Translations under genes and position numbers: made by a program
Source: a virus
Taxonomy: Duplodnaviria; Caudoviricetes
Reading direction: 5' to 3' (one strand)
IMG/VR virus record: IMGVR_UViG_3300033067_000858
Location: 1 to 27,966 of that record
Length of the DNA: 27,966 nucleotides
Notes under the pieces: generated by a model
Database searches by the model: none
What the model saw: the letters and a program-made list of their open reading frames with translations, nothing else
What the model was told of the DNA's origin: nothing
In this document: piece after piece, positions 14,485 through 24,735 of the stretch
How the letters are laid out: every line of letters begins with the position of its first letter
Numbering within the stretch: the first letter of the stretch is position 1

Positions 14485-14709
14485 TCACCCCATGAAGAAA
14501 GCGCCGCTGCCAGCCGCAGCGCCTGGCGCCGCAGAAACGACAGCATCAGTCGTTGACGCCGAGCCGACGGCGCGGGCCAGCGCAGCCTGCGCCACGGACC
14601 ATCCGGCAAGAGCCGGGCCAAAGCCGATCTTGCCCATCGCCCATAGGGCAATGCCGGCGAGGACGGTCTGGGCAACGCCATTGCCAAGCTTGGGAAGGAA
14701 GTCTTTCAT
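14485..14709 (-). CDS. Small hydrophobic protein
   Basis: AGGAG RBS; MKDFLPKLGN..., Ala/Gly-rich. Confidence 0.6.
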   Translation of the reverse strand: MKDFLPKLGNGVAQTVLAGIALWAMGKIGFGPALAGWSVAQAALARAVGSASTTDAVVSAAPGAAAGSGAFFMG

Positions 14710-14719
14710 CGTCCGCTCC

Positions 14720-16675
14720 TTAGATGTAAGGCGACTGCGCGCCCACTTGGTTCCAGTTCGTTCCGTCATAGCTAAAACGGATCGTCGAACGCTTGCTGGC
14801 CGTGTTGCCCGTGTCGGACCACGAAACCTTGAACACGGCGTTCCATGCGAGAGTGCGACCACCCGTGCCGTCTTGGATGATCAGGTAGGTGATCTCCTGC
14901 CCAATGCTTGCATTGGTCGGCGCGCCCATCGTGCGGTTTCCTCCTAGGGTCACCGCGAACTCTGTGCCGGTCGTGGCATTGGTGGCGATGGTTGCCGCAT
15001 CCGTCAACGTCTTGCGCAATGGCGTGTGCCGGTGTAGCTGCCCGCTACCCGAGATGTTGATAACCGGCATGACACCGGCCCCGGTGAGGTTCACGATTGC
15101 GGTATCCGCCACCGCCAGGTTTGTTATCCAGTCGCCGTCGCTGCGCACAGAATCCACGGTCATGATTGACGTGCCGCCCACATAGATAGCAGCGCCAGCG
15201 CCGGCAAAGCCAGTCTCGGCCGTGTTCGTCATGCCGTAGACACCGCCATAGCTGGCGCCCATGAACAACACGCCGTGATCGACGCTGCCCACGTCCGATT
15301 CGATGTGGCCGCCGTAGACATAGACGCCCTCGCAATCGATGAAATGCGCCTCCGATGTCCCGTAGTTGCCCTCCCACACGCCGCCGTAGAAGCGCAGGCC
15401 TTGGGCTCCGGTGATTTGCATGCCTCCCGACTTGGTCGAACCCACAACTCCATTGTTCTCGACTTGCAGGTTATGGAACTCCAGCGCCACAAGGTCACCG
15501 GCAACTAGCGACGCGTCTTGGTAGATGCCAGAGAATTTGTCGTCCGCCGCGTTGAACGACAGATACACATCGACAAAGCTCATAGACCACGTAGGGCTGG
15601 CGAAGTAGATGCCGGGCCCAGGGAAGCCGTGGATCCGCACGCTATCGAGCGCAGGAAAACTGCGCTGGTTGTATCCGAGGCGCAATCCGTAGGCCGTTCC
15701 CGTTGCTAGCGAGCCGTCGAACATGATGCCCTTGATGCTCAGGACGCGGCGGTTACCTGTCGTGCCGACGGCATCCACAGCAGCGCCAGAGCTGCCCGTG
15801 CGTCGGATGAAGGTCGCCGTGTAGCCAGCACCTACCCACGGGGCGCCGCGATATGTCAGTGCGCTAGCGTGGCGATAGTTGCCAGGCTGGAATCGCACGA
15901 CGGTGTTGGCCACAATGCTGTTTCCATCGATCCCAAGCGTACCCACACATGCCACGGCATCAGCCGCATTGATGGCCGTTGCGCAGTCTGTCGAGTCGTC
16001 AGCGACAGCGCCCCACCACTCCGGGTAAACCTCGGCCATGCGGTTCATGACAAGCGTCCCGGTGCCGACAAAGCATTGCACTGGCGGGGCGACTGGCTCG
16101 GTCTGGTTCGTCGTGAGCGTGTACGCCGTAGTCGTGATGCGGGCGCGGTTGTCAATCCAAAGGCGCGCAGTGCTGGGGAACGTGGCGTTGGCCGCCATCG
16201 TGATGTCGTCACGCACGATCACCGTGCAGCGGCTGGAGCCGATGCCCGTCACTGCTGCCGGCAAAGTCGAGTATCGCGTCAGCACGCCATCGACAATCGC
16301 CACGATGGCGCCCCACCCAATCATGGAGTCGCCGTCCCCGGCCGTTGTCACGTTCGCCAGTTCGGAGCGCAGCGCCGCAACGCCCGTGGACGACGTTCCG
16401 GCAAGCTCCGGCTCATCGACGCGGATGGGGCCCCATACAGTCACGTCCGCCGAAGTCTTCAGCACGACATCGTATGACCCGCCCCAGTAAATCGTCGCCT
16501 CGCCGCGCGAGTCGAGGATGATCGGGTTTGCGTGCGCTACAGTCGCGCCGACATCCGTCCATGCGCTTTTGTTTGTGCTCGTGCCCGGGACGTACGTGTA
16601 CAGTTTGCCCGAGGCCAGAAACGAGCCATCGGCTGCGAAAAACTGGTTCTTGCCGGCGTGGAGTGATACAGCCAT
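14720..16675 (-). CDS. Tailspike/tail fibre with beta-helix (pectate-lyase-like) domain
   Basis: N-terminal head-binding-like QFF..DG..LA.GKLYTY..GT...NPIILDSRG; PEWWGAVAD..TDC..AIN beta-helix entry. Confidence 0.88.
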   Translation of the reverse strand: MAVSLHAGKNQFFAADGSFLASGKLYTYVPGTSTNKSAWTDVGATVAHANPIILDSRGEATIYWGGSYDVVLKTSADVTVWGPIRVDEPELAGTSSTGVAALRSELANVTTAGDGDSMIGWGAIVAIVDGVLTRYSTLPAAVTGIGSSRCTVIVRDDITMAANATFPSTARLWIDNRARITTTAYTLTTNQTEPVAPPVQCFVGTGTLVMNRMAEVYPEWWGAVADDSTDCATAINAADAVACVGTLGIDGNSIVANTVVRFQPGNYRHASALTYRGAPWVGAGYTATFIRRTGSSGAAVDAVGTTGNRRVLSIKGIMFDGSLATGTAYGLRLGYNQRSFPALDSVRIHGFPGPGIYFASPTWSMSFVDVYLSFNAADDKFSGIYQDASLVAGDLVALEFHNLQVENNGVVGSTKSGGMQITGAQGLRFYGGVWEGNYGTSEAHFIDCEGVYVYGGHIESDVGSVDHGVLFMGASYGGVYGMTNTAETGFAGAGAAIYVGGTSIMTVDSVRSDGDWITNLAVADTAIVNLTGAGVMPVINISGSGQLHRHTPLRKTLTDAATIATNATTGTEFAVTLGGNRTMGAPTNASIGQEITYLIIQDGTGGRTLAWNAVFKVSWSDTGNTASKRSTIRFSYDGTNWNQVGAQSPYI

Positions 16676-16676
16676 G

Positions 16677-18356
16677 CTAGGGCCTCTCGTTGTTGCGATT
16701 CGCCGCAATCACTGGAGCGACGCGGGCCGCTGGCCCTAGGAGTTGTTCAAGTGGCGACAGCGCGCGCCCCATGAGGTATGCAGACTCTCCGACAAGACGT
16801 GGCGAAGATGCGGCAGCGAATCCGGCGGCGGCCGGGAGTTGACCCATGCCGCCCAAAGCTACCGCACCGAGTCCTCCCGTGGCGCGCTGGATACCGCGCG
16901 GCACCCAGCTATTCATCGCCTGCCCCGCGAGGGCGGGCATGAAATCGTTGCCGCCCTCGGCAATCATCAGTTTCGCCAGCTCGTCACGATACCCGTAAGA
17001 CGTGTTGACGTTGTTGCGCATGAGCGATTGCAACTTGCGCATCTGCGTATCAACCGAGGCGCGCGGATTCTGCGATAGCGCCTTCTCGATCTCCGAGATC
17101 GTGCCGCTAGCTTTCGAGTAGTCACCCATCACCTTGGCGTAGGTCGGCGCCTGCGCCTGAATTGAGTCCTTCGCCGCGTTGTAGATTTTCCCTGCCACGA
17201 GCCGCGCGGTCTTGTCCTCGAATGGGATGCCTTCGAGGATGTCGCCGAGCTTCTGCTTGAGGGCATCGAAGCCCTCGGGGGTGTGGAACTCTTTGGGGTC
17301 GAGCTTGCGCCATGCCGCGACTTCATCGCTCATCTTGGCGATGGCAAGCGCCGCCGTCTGGCTCTTGACCTGAGGCGAAGCCGTGCCGCTGACGCCTCGG
17401 TACGTGACACGCTCGGCCGCGTCCGTAAGGGCCTTGTCAATGCCGCCGAAGTCCAGCATGGTTCGATCTTTGGAGATGTCGGCCATGCCGGCCCGATAGG
17501 CGGCCTGCTTACTTTGCCGCATCGCATCAAGGTTGCTCTTGGCCGCCGCTAGCACATCGTCCATTGAGGACTGGCCGCGCATCGCTTCGGTGAACTGCTG
17601 CGCCGTCTTGCCACCCTCTCTCCCGGCCCGCACAGCTTGCGATATGGCCGCATCGCCTACGCCAGTTGTCGCGCCAAGGGCCTGCTTTGCGATTCCCGCC
17701 GCCCCTTGAACAATCTTGCCAGCAACAGGTATTGCGGCGCCGACCATGGCGCCGGTGCCTGCTTCGTCAGGGTTGACCATTCCAGCCGATAGGCCGCCAC
17801 CGATGGCGCCACCTAGAGCGCGCAGGCCAAGGTCTGCAACCGCGCCGCCAGGCGCAGCGCCGGTAGATATGCCGCCCGACGTAATGGCCTGACCAAGGCG
17901 CGGCGCCACAGCGCCCACAGCGCCGCCGAGCGCGTTCACTGCGGGCGCGGTAGAAACGATGTTGCCAACCACGCGCCCGGCCTGCGGCAACACTTGCCCC
18001 GAAGTGGCGGCATCAAACTCCGCGCGGCCGGCTTGGTTCATGGCCCGCACCCGCTCGGCCTCCTCTTTGCTGCCGAACGTAGACGCGAGCGCCTGAGCCC
18101 CCGTGTCGATGATGTCCTTGACGCCGCGGGCAAGGGCCACAGGAGGCGAGCGCATCAATTCGCGTTTGAGGAAGTCGGCGCGACTCATCTGCGGCGCGGC
18201 TGCATTTGCCTGCGCAGGCGCCTGCATTTGCTGCGGCGTAGCCATCGACGCGAATTGCTGCTCCGCGAACGCCTGCACCTGATCAGGCGTGGCGTCATCA
18301 GGCGCCGTTACCTTGAATTTGGTGCCGTCCGGTGCTGTTACGCGGTAGGTCGCCAC
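16677..18356 (-). CDS. Internal virion / DNA ejection protein
   Basis: 559 aa Ala/Gly-rich helical; position in the P22-like ejection cluster. Confidence 0.75.
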   Translation of the reverse strand: MATYRVTAPDGTKFKVTAPDDATPDQVQAFAEQQFASMATPQQMQAPAQANAAAPQMSRADFLKRELMRSPPVALARGVKDIIDTGAQALASTFGSKEEAERVRAMNQAGRAEFDAATSGQVLPQAGRVVGNIVSTAPAVNALGGAVGAVAPRLGQAITSGGISTGAAPGGAVADLGLRALGGAIGGGLSAGMVNPDEAGTGAMVGAAIPVAGKIVQGAAGIAKQALGATTGVGDAAISQAVRAGREGGKTAQQFTEAMRGQSSMDDVLAAAKSNLDAMRQSKQAAYRAGMADISKDRTMLDFGGIDKALTDAAERVTYRGVSGTASPQVKSQTAALAIAKMSDEVAAWRKLDPKEFHTPEGFDALKQKLGDILEGIPFEDKTARLVAGKIYNAAKDSIQAQAPTYAKVMGDYSKASGTISEIEKALSQNPRASVDTQMRKLQSLMRNNVNTSYGYRDELAKLMIAEGGNDFMPALAGQAMNSWVPRGIQRATGGLGAVALGGMGQLPAAAGFAAASSPRLVGESAYLMGRALSPLEQLLGPAARVAPVIAANRNNERP

Positions 18357-19832
18357 TTACTGCTCCCGCTCGATCTTCCATCCGCCCGCTGGCTTTGCAG
18401 CAGGCTTGCCGTCAAGCGGCACAGACACATCGCGCCCGCCGATCTTGCGCACGCGATCCTCGCCGAACCCGGAGTCGATCAGGTCTTGCTGGGTGGCTTC
18501 TAGCACTCTCTTGGCAATAGCCGCGCGTGTTGCGAGGTTGGCCTTGATCACCTTGGCGTTCATGCCAGGAGAGATATCCGCAGACGCCCAAGAGCGCTTC
18601 TCGCCCTCAGTGAGGGAGGCGCCAAACATTGCATGCCTCTCGACAAGCTCGGCCATCTTGCGATAGTTCTTCCACCACTGCACGGAGTCCGTGTCGCTGC
18701 CTAGAACGCTCTTTGCGGACAATGAAGCGTCAGCACCCAAACCAAGGATGCCCTTGCTCGCGAAGTCATCCTTGAAACCGGCAGACAGAGAATCAAGCGT
18801 CGTTGCATTTGTTCTTGCCTCGACCAGCGACTGGCGCTCCTTCGCTGGCAGCGGCTTTTCGGTCTCAGGCTTGCGCCCGGTCAGATTCGCGTCAGGCTTG
18901 TACTGCGCCGCAAGCGCAATCATCTTTTCGCGCCGCCCGCCGGCCGTTGCGATGTCGTTTGGCACGATGGAGCCCGAGGCCAGCCCCTTGACGATGGTTT
19001 GATCGGCCGGCGACAGGGTGGCCAGGAGCGCGTCTCCGGTCAGCCCAGAAGATGCAACGCCGCCACCTCCTCCGCCCCCCCCGCCGCCGCCATGTCCGCC
19101 TCCTCCGCCGCCGCCATGCGGCCGGATCGCCGCCTTGGCAAGGCCGGTCTTCACTGCAACCAATGGCTCGTTCGGGACAAAAGTGCCATCGGGGCCGGGA
19201 ACCATCAGTTGATTTGCCTGCGTGCTCGCAGCCGCCCCCGCCTCGCGCGCCGCCCTGATCTGCTCAAGCGCCGACATGCCGCCCTGAAGCGCCTTCGACT
19301 TCCACTCGCCCAGACCCTGCGGCCCCATCTTCTGAAGCGCCGCCATGCCGGCCTGCGCCTCTTGCATGCTCATCACGCCAGCGGTCACGGCGCCGTTCAG
19401 CCAGCGCTGCGCGCCGTCCATGTCAGCAACCGGGCCGAGTTGCTGAATGTAGAACTCATGCGCCTTGATGCGAGTTGCGGTGTCGTCCTTCTTCGCTTTC
19501 GACCCGCGCGCAGCAATCTCAGATTCCTTGTCGCGCGCCGCGATCATCGCCTTCTGGATAGCCTCGCCCTTGGCGTACAGGTTCGGATTCGTCGAGCCCA
19601 TGAGCAACTGCGCCGCGCGAGTCTGATCCCCGCCGGCCTGGCCCATGAGCCGGGCATATGCGGCGCGCTCCTCCTCAGCGGCTTTCACTCCCCGCTGATA
19701 CTCGTCATTCTTCATCTGGCCGAGCGCGCGGTCCTGCTTCAGCCCGAGGAGCTTCTCATACTCGGTGTCATAGTCGTTGACCGACTTGACCCCGCGCCCC
19801 GAGAGGTCGTAGATGCTGGTATCGACTGCCAT
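18357..19832 (-). CDS. Internal virion / DNA ejection protein
   Basis: 491 aa helical with poly-Gly linker. Confidence 0.75.
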   Translation of the reverse strand: MAVDTSIYDLSGRGVKSVNDYDTEYEKLLGLKQDRALGQMKNDEYQRGVKAAEEERAAYARLMGQAGGDQTRAAQLLMGSTNPNLYAKGEAIQKAMIAARDKESEIAARGSKAKKDDTATRIKAHEFYIQQLGPVADMDGAQRWLNGAVTAGVMSMQEAQAGMAALQKMGPQGLGEWKSKALQGGMSALEQIRAAREAGAAASTQANQLMVPGPDGTFVPNEPLVAVKTGLAKAAIRPHGGGGGGGHGGGGGGGGGGGVASSGLTGDALLATLSPADQTIVKGLASGSIVPNDIATAGGRREKMIALAAQYKPDANLTGRKPETEKPLPAKERQSLVEARTNATTLDSLSAGFKDDFASKGILGLGADASLSAKSVLGSDTDSVQWWKNYRKMAELVERHAMFGASLTEGEKRSWASADISPGMNAKVIKANLATRAAIAKRVLEATQQDLIDSGFGEDRVRKIGGRDVSVPLDGKPAAKPAGGWKIEREQ

Positions 19833-19834
19833 GA

Positions 19835-21094
19835 TCAGCCGCCCATGTAGTAGGGGTCAGATGCGGCGTCACTTGTCCATCCTGGTTGGCCGGCGTAACC
19901 ACCAGATGACCCCTGCCGCCTGCCGTACATCGACAGACCCTGATTAATCATGTTGCCGTAAATGTTGCCGCGAGTGATCGCGCCAGCGCCCATTGCGTTG
20001 CCGGCCCCAATCATGTTGTTGCCTGCCATCTGCCCGAACGCTTGGCCCGCGTTGTTCGTCTGCTGCGTCGCAGTCTGGCCGATGCCCGCAAGAGCCGAGA
20101 GTCTGCCCCAGCGGTTGCCGAAATCAGCCTGGCGACGGTTCCACGCGTCTCCGTATCGCGTCGTCGCATAGTCGCTATTGAACCGGGCAGCGTTCTTCAG
20201 CGCCGCGCCAGACAATGCCATGCCGCGCGCAGCCGCCGAACCTTCGATTCCGCGCATGCCCTGAAGTCGCCCGAACTCATATCCGGGCTCGTTGAGCACG
20301 TCCTCGGCAGTCATGGACGGGCCGCCGCGCATGCCCATCAAGTCGCCTAGGGCGGCATATCCAGCGCCGCGATATGGGGCTTGGTCGTCGCGGATCTGGT
20401 TGAAGATGCGCTCTTGCAGTGCCGTTGCATCACGCGCGGCGCCAGTCTGCGCATCCTGTGCCCGCCCCGCCTGATACGCTTGCAGCGCGCCAGCCCCAAG
20501 TTGTGCCCAATCAAACCAACCCATTCCAGCACCCCCAGCGGCGCCTGCCGCACCAGCCGCACTACCTGCCGCCGAGGCGCCACCAGCAGCGCCACCGGCC
20601 GCCGCACCAGTCGCTCCGACCTCTCCTGCGCCACCAAGTGCCCCGGCCGCCTCAGCCGATCCGATGCCGCCAGCACCGCCGCCATAGGCACCATACAAAG
20701 CACCGCCGGCAGCCATTGCCGCCATGGGGCCGAATGTCTCGGCAGTGTCTCGCCAGCGCTCGCCGGACGACACCTGCCGCGTCGGCGTCGGGTCGCCCTC
20801 CATGACAAATCCACCATCTGGCGCGCGGCGATAAACAACGTCAAGCGTGTCGTATTTGTGCCCGCCAGGAGCCTGCATCGTCACGACAACGCGACCATCC
20901 CCAAGGTCTTGCACGTTCCCGTACTTCGATTGCAGGCCGTTTGCGTTCAGCAGCTGCTGCAACTCGTCGCCGATGTACGCACTCGGGCCGAAGTTCTGCA
21001 CCCCAGACTCCCCCTCGTGGGAGAAGCCTTGGTCAAACCCAATTGCGCCGCCGCTCAGGGATCGGATTGCTGCGTAAGGATCTGAGGCCATCAA
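19835..21094 (-). CDS. DNA transfer (P22 gp7-like) ejection protein
   Basis: PYR.AG..AL...PGYEF...QG...SAAARG...SGAALK motif. Confidence 0.8.
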   Translation of the reverse strand: MMASDPYAAIRSLSGGAIGFDQGFSHEGESGVQNFGPSAYIGDELQQLLNANGLQSKYGNVQDLGDGRVVVTMQAPGGHKYDTLDVVYRRAPDGGFVMEGDPTPTRQVSSGERWRDTAETFGPMAAMAAGGALYGAYGGGAGGIGSAEAAGALGGAGEVGATGAAAGGAAGGASAAGSAAGAAGAAGGAGMGWFDWAQLGAGALQAYQAGRAQDAQTGAARDATALQERIFNQIRDDQAPYRGAGYAALGDLMGMRGGPSMTAEDVLNEPGYEFGRLQGMRGIEGSAAARGMALSGAALKNAARFNSDYATTRYGDAWNRRQADFGNRWGRLSALAGIGQTATQQTNNAGQAFGQMAGNNMIGAGNAMGAGAITRGNIYGNMINQGLSMYGRRQGSSGGYAGQPGWTSDAASDPYYMGG

Positions 21095-21679
21095 TCATCC
21101 CCACGCCGACGCGCCGGCCGGCAGGTTCTCGAACGGCGCATAGCCGGTGTTAATAGTTAGTCCACGGGTGCCGGCCGAGCCTGTGTCAGTGCCCCACATC
21201 GGGAACCAGTCTCCACTGAGCCCCGTGTATGCCGTGCCTTGACTTGTCATCACGCCCAACACCTTTAGCCAGAAAATCAGTGCTCCAGCGCTCACCTCGA
21301 CGCCGACAACGTCACTAATGGCGCCCCACGGGGATCCGTAGGCAGTCCCGGCAGCGCTCACGTACTTTTGACCGCTGGCGCCCCAATAGCCGCGCCCGTT
21401 GCCGTCAAACCCCGGGTATTTTGACAGGTCCGCCGTCGATTGTCCGATTCCGATCATCTGGCTGCCGTCGGCAGAGAAACCGCCGCCGCCCTGCGGAGTG
21501 ACCTCAAAATACCAGTGCCCAGACACATCACGCGACGTTATGGCCCTCACGGCACCCTGAGCCGGGTTCGTCACCGCGCACGAGAGATTCGAGTTTGTTA
21601 GCGCCACGTCAGCGTCCTTGTCGCCGGGGTTCCACCCGAACCCGGTCAGCGAAAGAGACTGAGGCCCCCAGGTCCACAT
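21095..21679 (-). CDS. SPRY/B30.2-like beta-sandwich virion protein
   Basis: WNP.DK....LTNSNL...GHWYFEV...IGIG...DVVGV. Confidence 0.7.
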   Translation of the reverse strand: MWTWGPQSLSLTGFGWNPGDKDADVALTNSNLSCAVTNPAQGAVRAITSRDVSGHWYFEVTPQGGGGFSADGSQMIGIGQSTADLSKYPGFDGNGRGYWGASGQKYVSAAGTAYGSPWGAISDVVGVEVSAGALIFWLKVLGVMTSQGTAYTGLSGDWFPMWGTDTGSAGTRGLTINTGYAPFENLPAGASAWG

Positions 21680-22260
21680 CACGCATACGCCCGAGTCAGC
21701 GCGCACTCGATCACGTCATCGGCGGCGAAATATTGCCCGATGATGCGATCCACAGATCCGGCGGCCGTAGATAGCGTGGACGAACCGGAGAACCGGAACT
21801 TGGAGCCATAGGAAAGCGTCCGCGAGCCGGTGCCGTCCTGCTTGATGCGCCAGTTGTAAATGCCGCCGTCGCGCATGTTTGTCGGGTTTGCGAGGGTCCG
21901 ATTGCCACCAAGCGTCACCGAGAAGTGATTGCTAAGGCCCGCGTCTGTGGCAATGGTGGTGTCGTCAGTCAAAGCCTGAAACGCTACGGTCTGAGCGCCA
22001 GTGAAGCTATTGCCACCGGCCAGCTTCGCATACGGTAGCAGCGCCGCAGCAATGGCCGCCGTTTGCTCCGCCTCGGTTGGGTAGTCCTCCAGTGTCGTGG
22101 CCAAGGTCGCCGCCGTCACGTATCCAGTCAGGTCTACGGCATCCCCCCCGGTCCTGAGCCAAAGCTCTAGCCAGAAGCGCAGGCCCTCGCGCGTCATCCT
22201 CCCCTGCGGGTCAATGACCGCAACGGATTGATGCGGGAACGCGACGTTGACGGTAGCCAT
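21679..22260 (-). CDS. Tail needle/fibre-like structural protein
   Basis: Follows gp10-like gene; C-terminal domain shared with tailspike. Confidence 0.7.
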   Translation of the reverse strand: MATVNVAFPHQSVAVIDPQGRMTREGLRFWLELWLRTGGDAVDLTGYVTAATLATTLEDYPTEAEQTAAIAAALLPYAKLAGGNSFTGAQTVAFQALTDDTTIATDAGLSNHFSVTLGGNRTLANPTNMRDGGIYNWRIKQDGTGSRTLSYGSKFRFSGSSTLSTAAGSVDRIIGQYFAADDVIECALTRAYA

Positions 22261-23753
22261 TACCCGACGTACGCCCCGGTGATACAGACCTTGACCGGCT
22301 CGGCAATCTTCACCTCGAACACCTCGCGCCGCCCTCCGCCAACGCGGTTCCAGCGCACGCGCGTGCCGTATTCGCCAATGCGCCCAAGGGGCGCCGATAG
22401 CTCAGGGCTCCATGTGTTGCCGCCATCTTTGGAGTATTTAAGCGTTGCGACAGGATTTGCACCAGCGGTCACCGTCGTGAGAGATGAGCCGTTGTAACTA
22501 GACACCACCGACGTGCCGCCACCGTCCAATCCAACGCCGGAGTCCATGTCGATCTGGAAAGACTTGTTCCGCAGGATCTCTAGGCCCTCTTGATATACCG
22601 GCATGCGCCGAATCCTCGGGATCAGCGTCGAAATGGCATCCACATAACGGTCTAGCCGCAACTCGACTACAGGGGCGACGATGCTGTACTTGGCGCGCCA
22701 GTAGCCGGCCAGGTTCTTCCCTGAAAAGTACATGTGCGTCGAGTAGTTCAGCCGCTCCAGTTCGCCAGTCTCGAAATTCAGCGACGCGCGCTGATGCCAC
22801 TCTCCGGTAGAGAGGTCATAGCACCATGTCTCGTTTCCAGATGGCGACGAGAGCACGTAGAACGCGTGCCCCTCTTGCTTGTAAAAAAACGCCCAGGCGT
22901 CGCTGAACGTCGGCCACTGCGAAATGGCGTAACTGATGGCCGGCGTGCTGATGAGTTGCGGCTGATAGCCGTTCAGCATCCACACATTGGCGCCCCCGTC
23001 CTGAGACGCGCCAAGCCAGCACACGGTGTTGCCGCAAGACACCGCAGAATCCTTTGCCGCCAACCCCTCCTCGATGAATGCACCTTGCACGCGAGACATG
23101 GGGAAGTCGGCGTTCCCTGTCACGTACCAGACTTCGACCGTGCTTGTGCCGAATAGCAGCGCCTCGCGGTTGTGGACCACGACGCGCCTAAGGTTGTCGG
23201 GTGCGCCCTCGGCGGTTGCAAAGTCGAGTGCGTCAATCGTCGTCGAGTATTGCCCGGAGACATAGAAGCGCCCAGAGTCTGCGTCGGTCAGGATGAAATA
23301 GCCATCGATGAAGTCTACTGAAGAGACATTGCCGCGCACGACGGACATCGTTGATCCGTATGGTGACGTAAGCGTGATGCCGAACAACGTTCCGCCACTA
23401 GCGACGAGGATATTTGAGCCGTCAAAGGCGATGCTGGCCGGCAATCGGTCATCGGTCAGGCCGTAGAAGATAGAGATTGTCGGAAGCGACGTGCTTGATG
23501 CCCCGACAATGAATAGCTGCGTGCCGGAAACAATGGCGGCGCGTTCCTCGTTCAGCACCGCCATCGCGCGGATGCCAGCCCCGGACTCCTCCGATCCCGC
23601 CGAAGACGCCACGACATCACCGGGCGTGCCCACGAGCATTGCGGGCGCCTTGCCCTTGCCTGGCTCGATGTACATGTTCACCAGCCGCTGCGACGAGTAG
23701 TTCGTGGAGCGGCTGCCATACGTCGAGCCAACGAAACCGGGGAGCGGCCTCAC
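22260..23753 (-). CDS. P22 gp10-like packaged DNA stabilization (tail hub) protein
   Basis: DFATAEGAPD...FG..TVEVW..TG..DFP..R...ISTPAI...Y.QEGH.FY. Confidence 0.88.
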   Translation of the reverse strand: MRPLPGFVGSTYGSRSTNYSSQRLVNMYIEPGKGKAPAMLVGTPGDVVASSAGSEESGAGIRAMAVLNEERAAIVSGTQLFIVGASSTSLPTISIFYGLTDDRLPASIAFDGSNILVASGGTLFGITLTSPYGSTMSVVRGNVSSVDFIDGYFILTDADSGRFYVSGQYSTTIDALDFATAEGAPDNLRRVVVHNREALLFGTSTVEVWYVTGNADFPMSRVQGAFIEEGLAAKDSAVSCGNTVCWLGASQDGGANVWMLNGYQPQLISTPAISYAISQWPTFSDAWAFFYKQEGHAFYVLSSPSGNETWCYDLSTGEWHQRASLNFETGELERLNYSTHMYFSGKNLAGYWRAKYSIVAPVVELRLDRYVDAISTLIPRIRRMPVYQEGLEILRNKSFQIDMDSGVGLDGGGTSVVSSYNGSSLTTVTAGANPVATLKYSKDGGNTWSPELSAPLGRIGEYGTRVRWNRVGGGRREVFEVKIAEPVKVCITGAYVG

Positions 23754-24448
23754 ATGTACCCCGACAGGAATGCCTCTTTCGCCCCGGCGTTGCGCTCGCC
23801 AGTGTCAAGCTGCGGCACGGTGAAATTGGCCCGCTTCACGAGCCGCAGCGAGCTGTGAGCCTGCGACATCAGGAAAGGCGACACCTGCTGCCCGAAATGC
23901 GCCGACACCTCGACAGTGAGATTGAGCACAAACGCCCGCTTGTAGCCCTGCGGAAACGTGTAGTCCGTCGTCAGGTCTGCAAACGCTGTGAACTGCGTCA
24001 AGACGGGGTGATGAACAACCACCGACGCCCCGGGGGCTGGGTAGTAGCGGATCGTGCCCGTCGAGGCGCCAGGATCGTAGAAAAACACCCGCGGCACATG
24101 CCCGCCCAGCGTCTTGATGCGGATCTCGTTGTATTCCGACTCGTCGATCTGGTCCATGGGGTAGTCCACCCCATCGGCAGTGACGTATGAGCCGCGCTCG
24201 ATCCGAACGGGGCGCGTTACGTTGATGTTCTGGCTCGGCCCGATGGTGAGCGAGGTAGACCCACCCGATAGCGTCGCACTCGCGTCCGTCGTCGTGTAGT
24301 GCGTCAGGCTCGGCAGGTTCCACGCATCAACAAGCGTGTTGAGAATGGTCCGGCACGTCTCGGCATCGTCGGAATTGGCGGTTTCGCCAGCCGACAGAAT
24401 GCCGAGGTGCCCTAGAGACTCAGTGAGGATCTCGGTTGCCGTGGTCAC
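23750..24448 (-). CDS. P22 gp4-like head-tail adaptor
   Basis: MTTATEIL..SL..LG....GE...LN.LVDAW...P.GY..A...NL..E. Confidence 0.8.
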   Translation of the reverse strand: MTTATEILTESLGHLGILSAGETANSDDAETCRTILNTLVDAWNLPSLTHYTTTDASATLSGGSTSLTIGPSQNINVTRPVRIERGSYVTADGVDYPMDQIDESEYNEIRIKTLGGHVPRVFFYDPGASTGTIRYYPAPGASVVVHHPVLTQFTAFADLTTDYTFPQGYKRAFVLNLTVEVSAHFGQQVSPFLMSQAHSSLRLVKRANFTVPQLDTGERNAGAKEAFLSGYM

Positions 24449-24723
24449 GACTCATACAGCACGTTCACCGTACCCGTGCCGCCGTTCAGGTCGAAAAACA
24501 GGCCGCCATCGCACGAGATGCCGTCAGACAGGTACTTCGTCGCCCCGGCCGCCGTGCCAGACGGGATCGAATCGACGATCTGCCCCGATGCGCTCGTGCC
24601 CTTGCGAATCAGGATCGCGGCGGTGGCTACTGCGGTCGTCACGGTGTACCCGTGATAGACCACCTCGCTACCGTGCGCGACCTGACCCGTGGCGGAGAAG
24701 GGCGTGGATTTGCACTTAGCCAT
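24445..24723 (-). CDS. Small beta-rich virion protein
   Basis: 92 aa, GGAGG RBS. Confidence 0.7.
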   Translation of the reverse strand: MAKCKSTPFSATGQVAHGSEVVYHGYTVTTAVATAAILIRKGTSASGQIVDSIPSGTAAGATKYLSDGISCDGGLFFDLNGGTGTVNVLYES

Positions 24724-24735
24724 CCTGCCCTCCTA

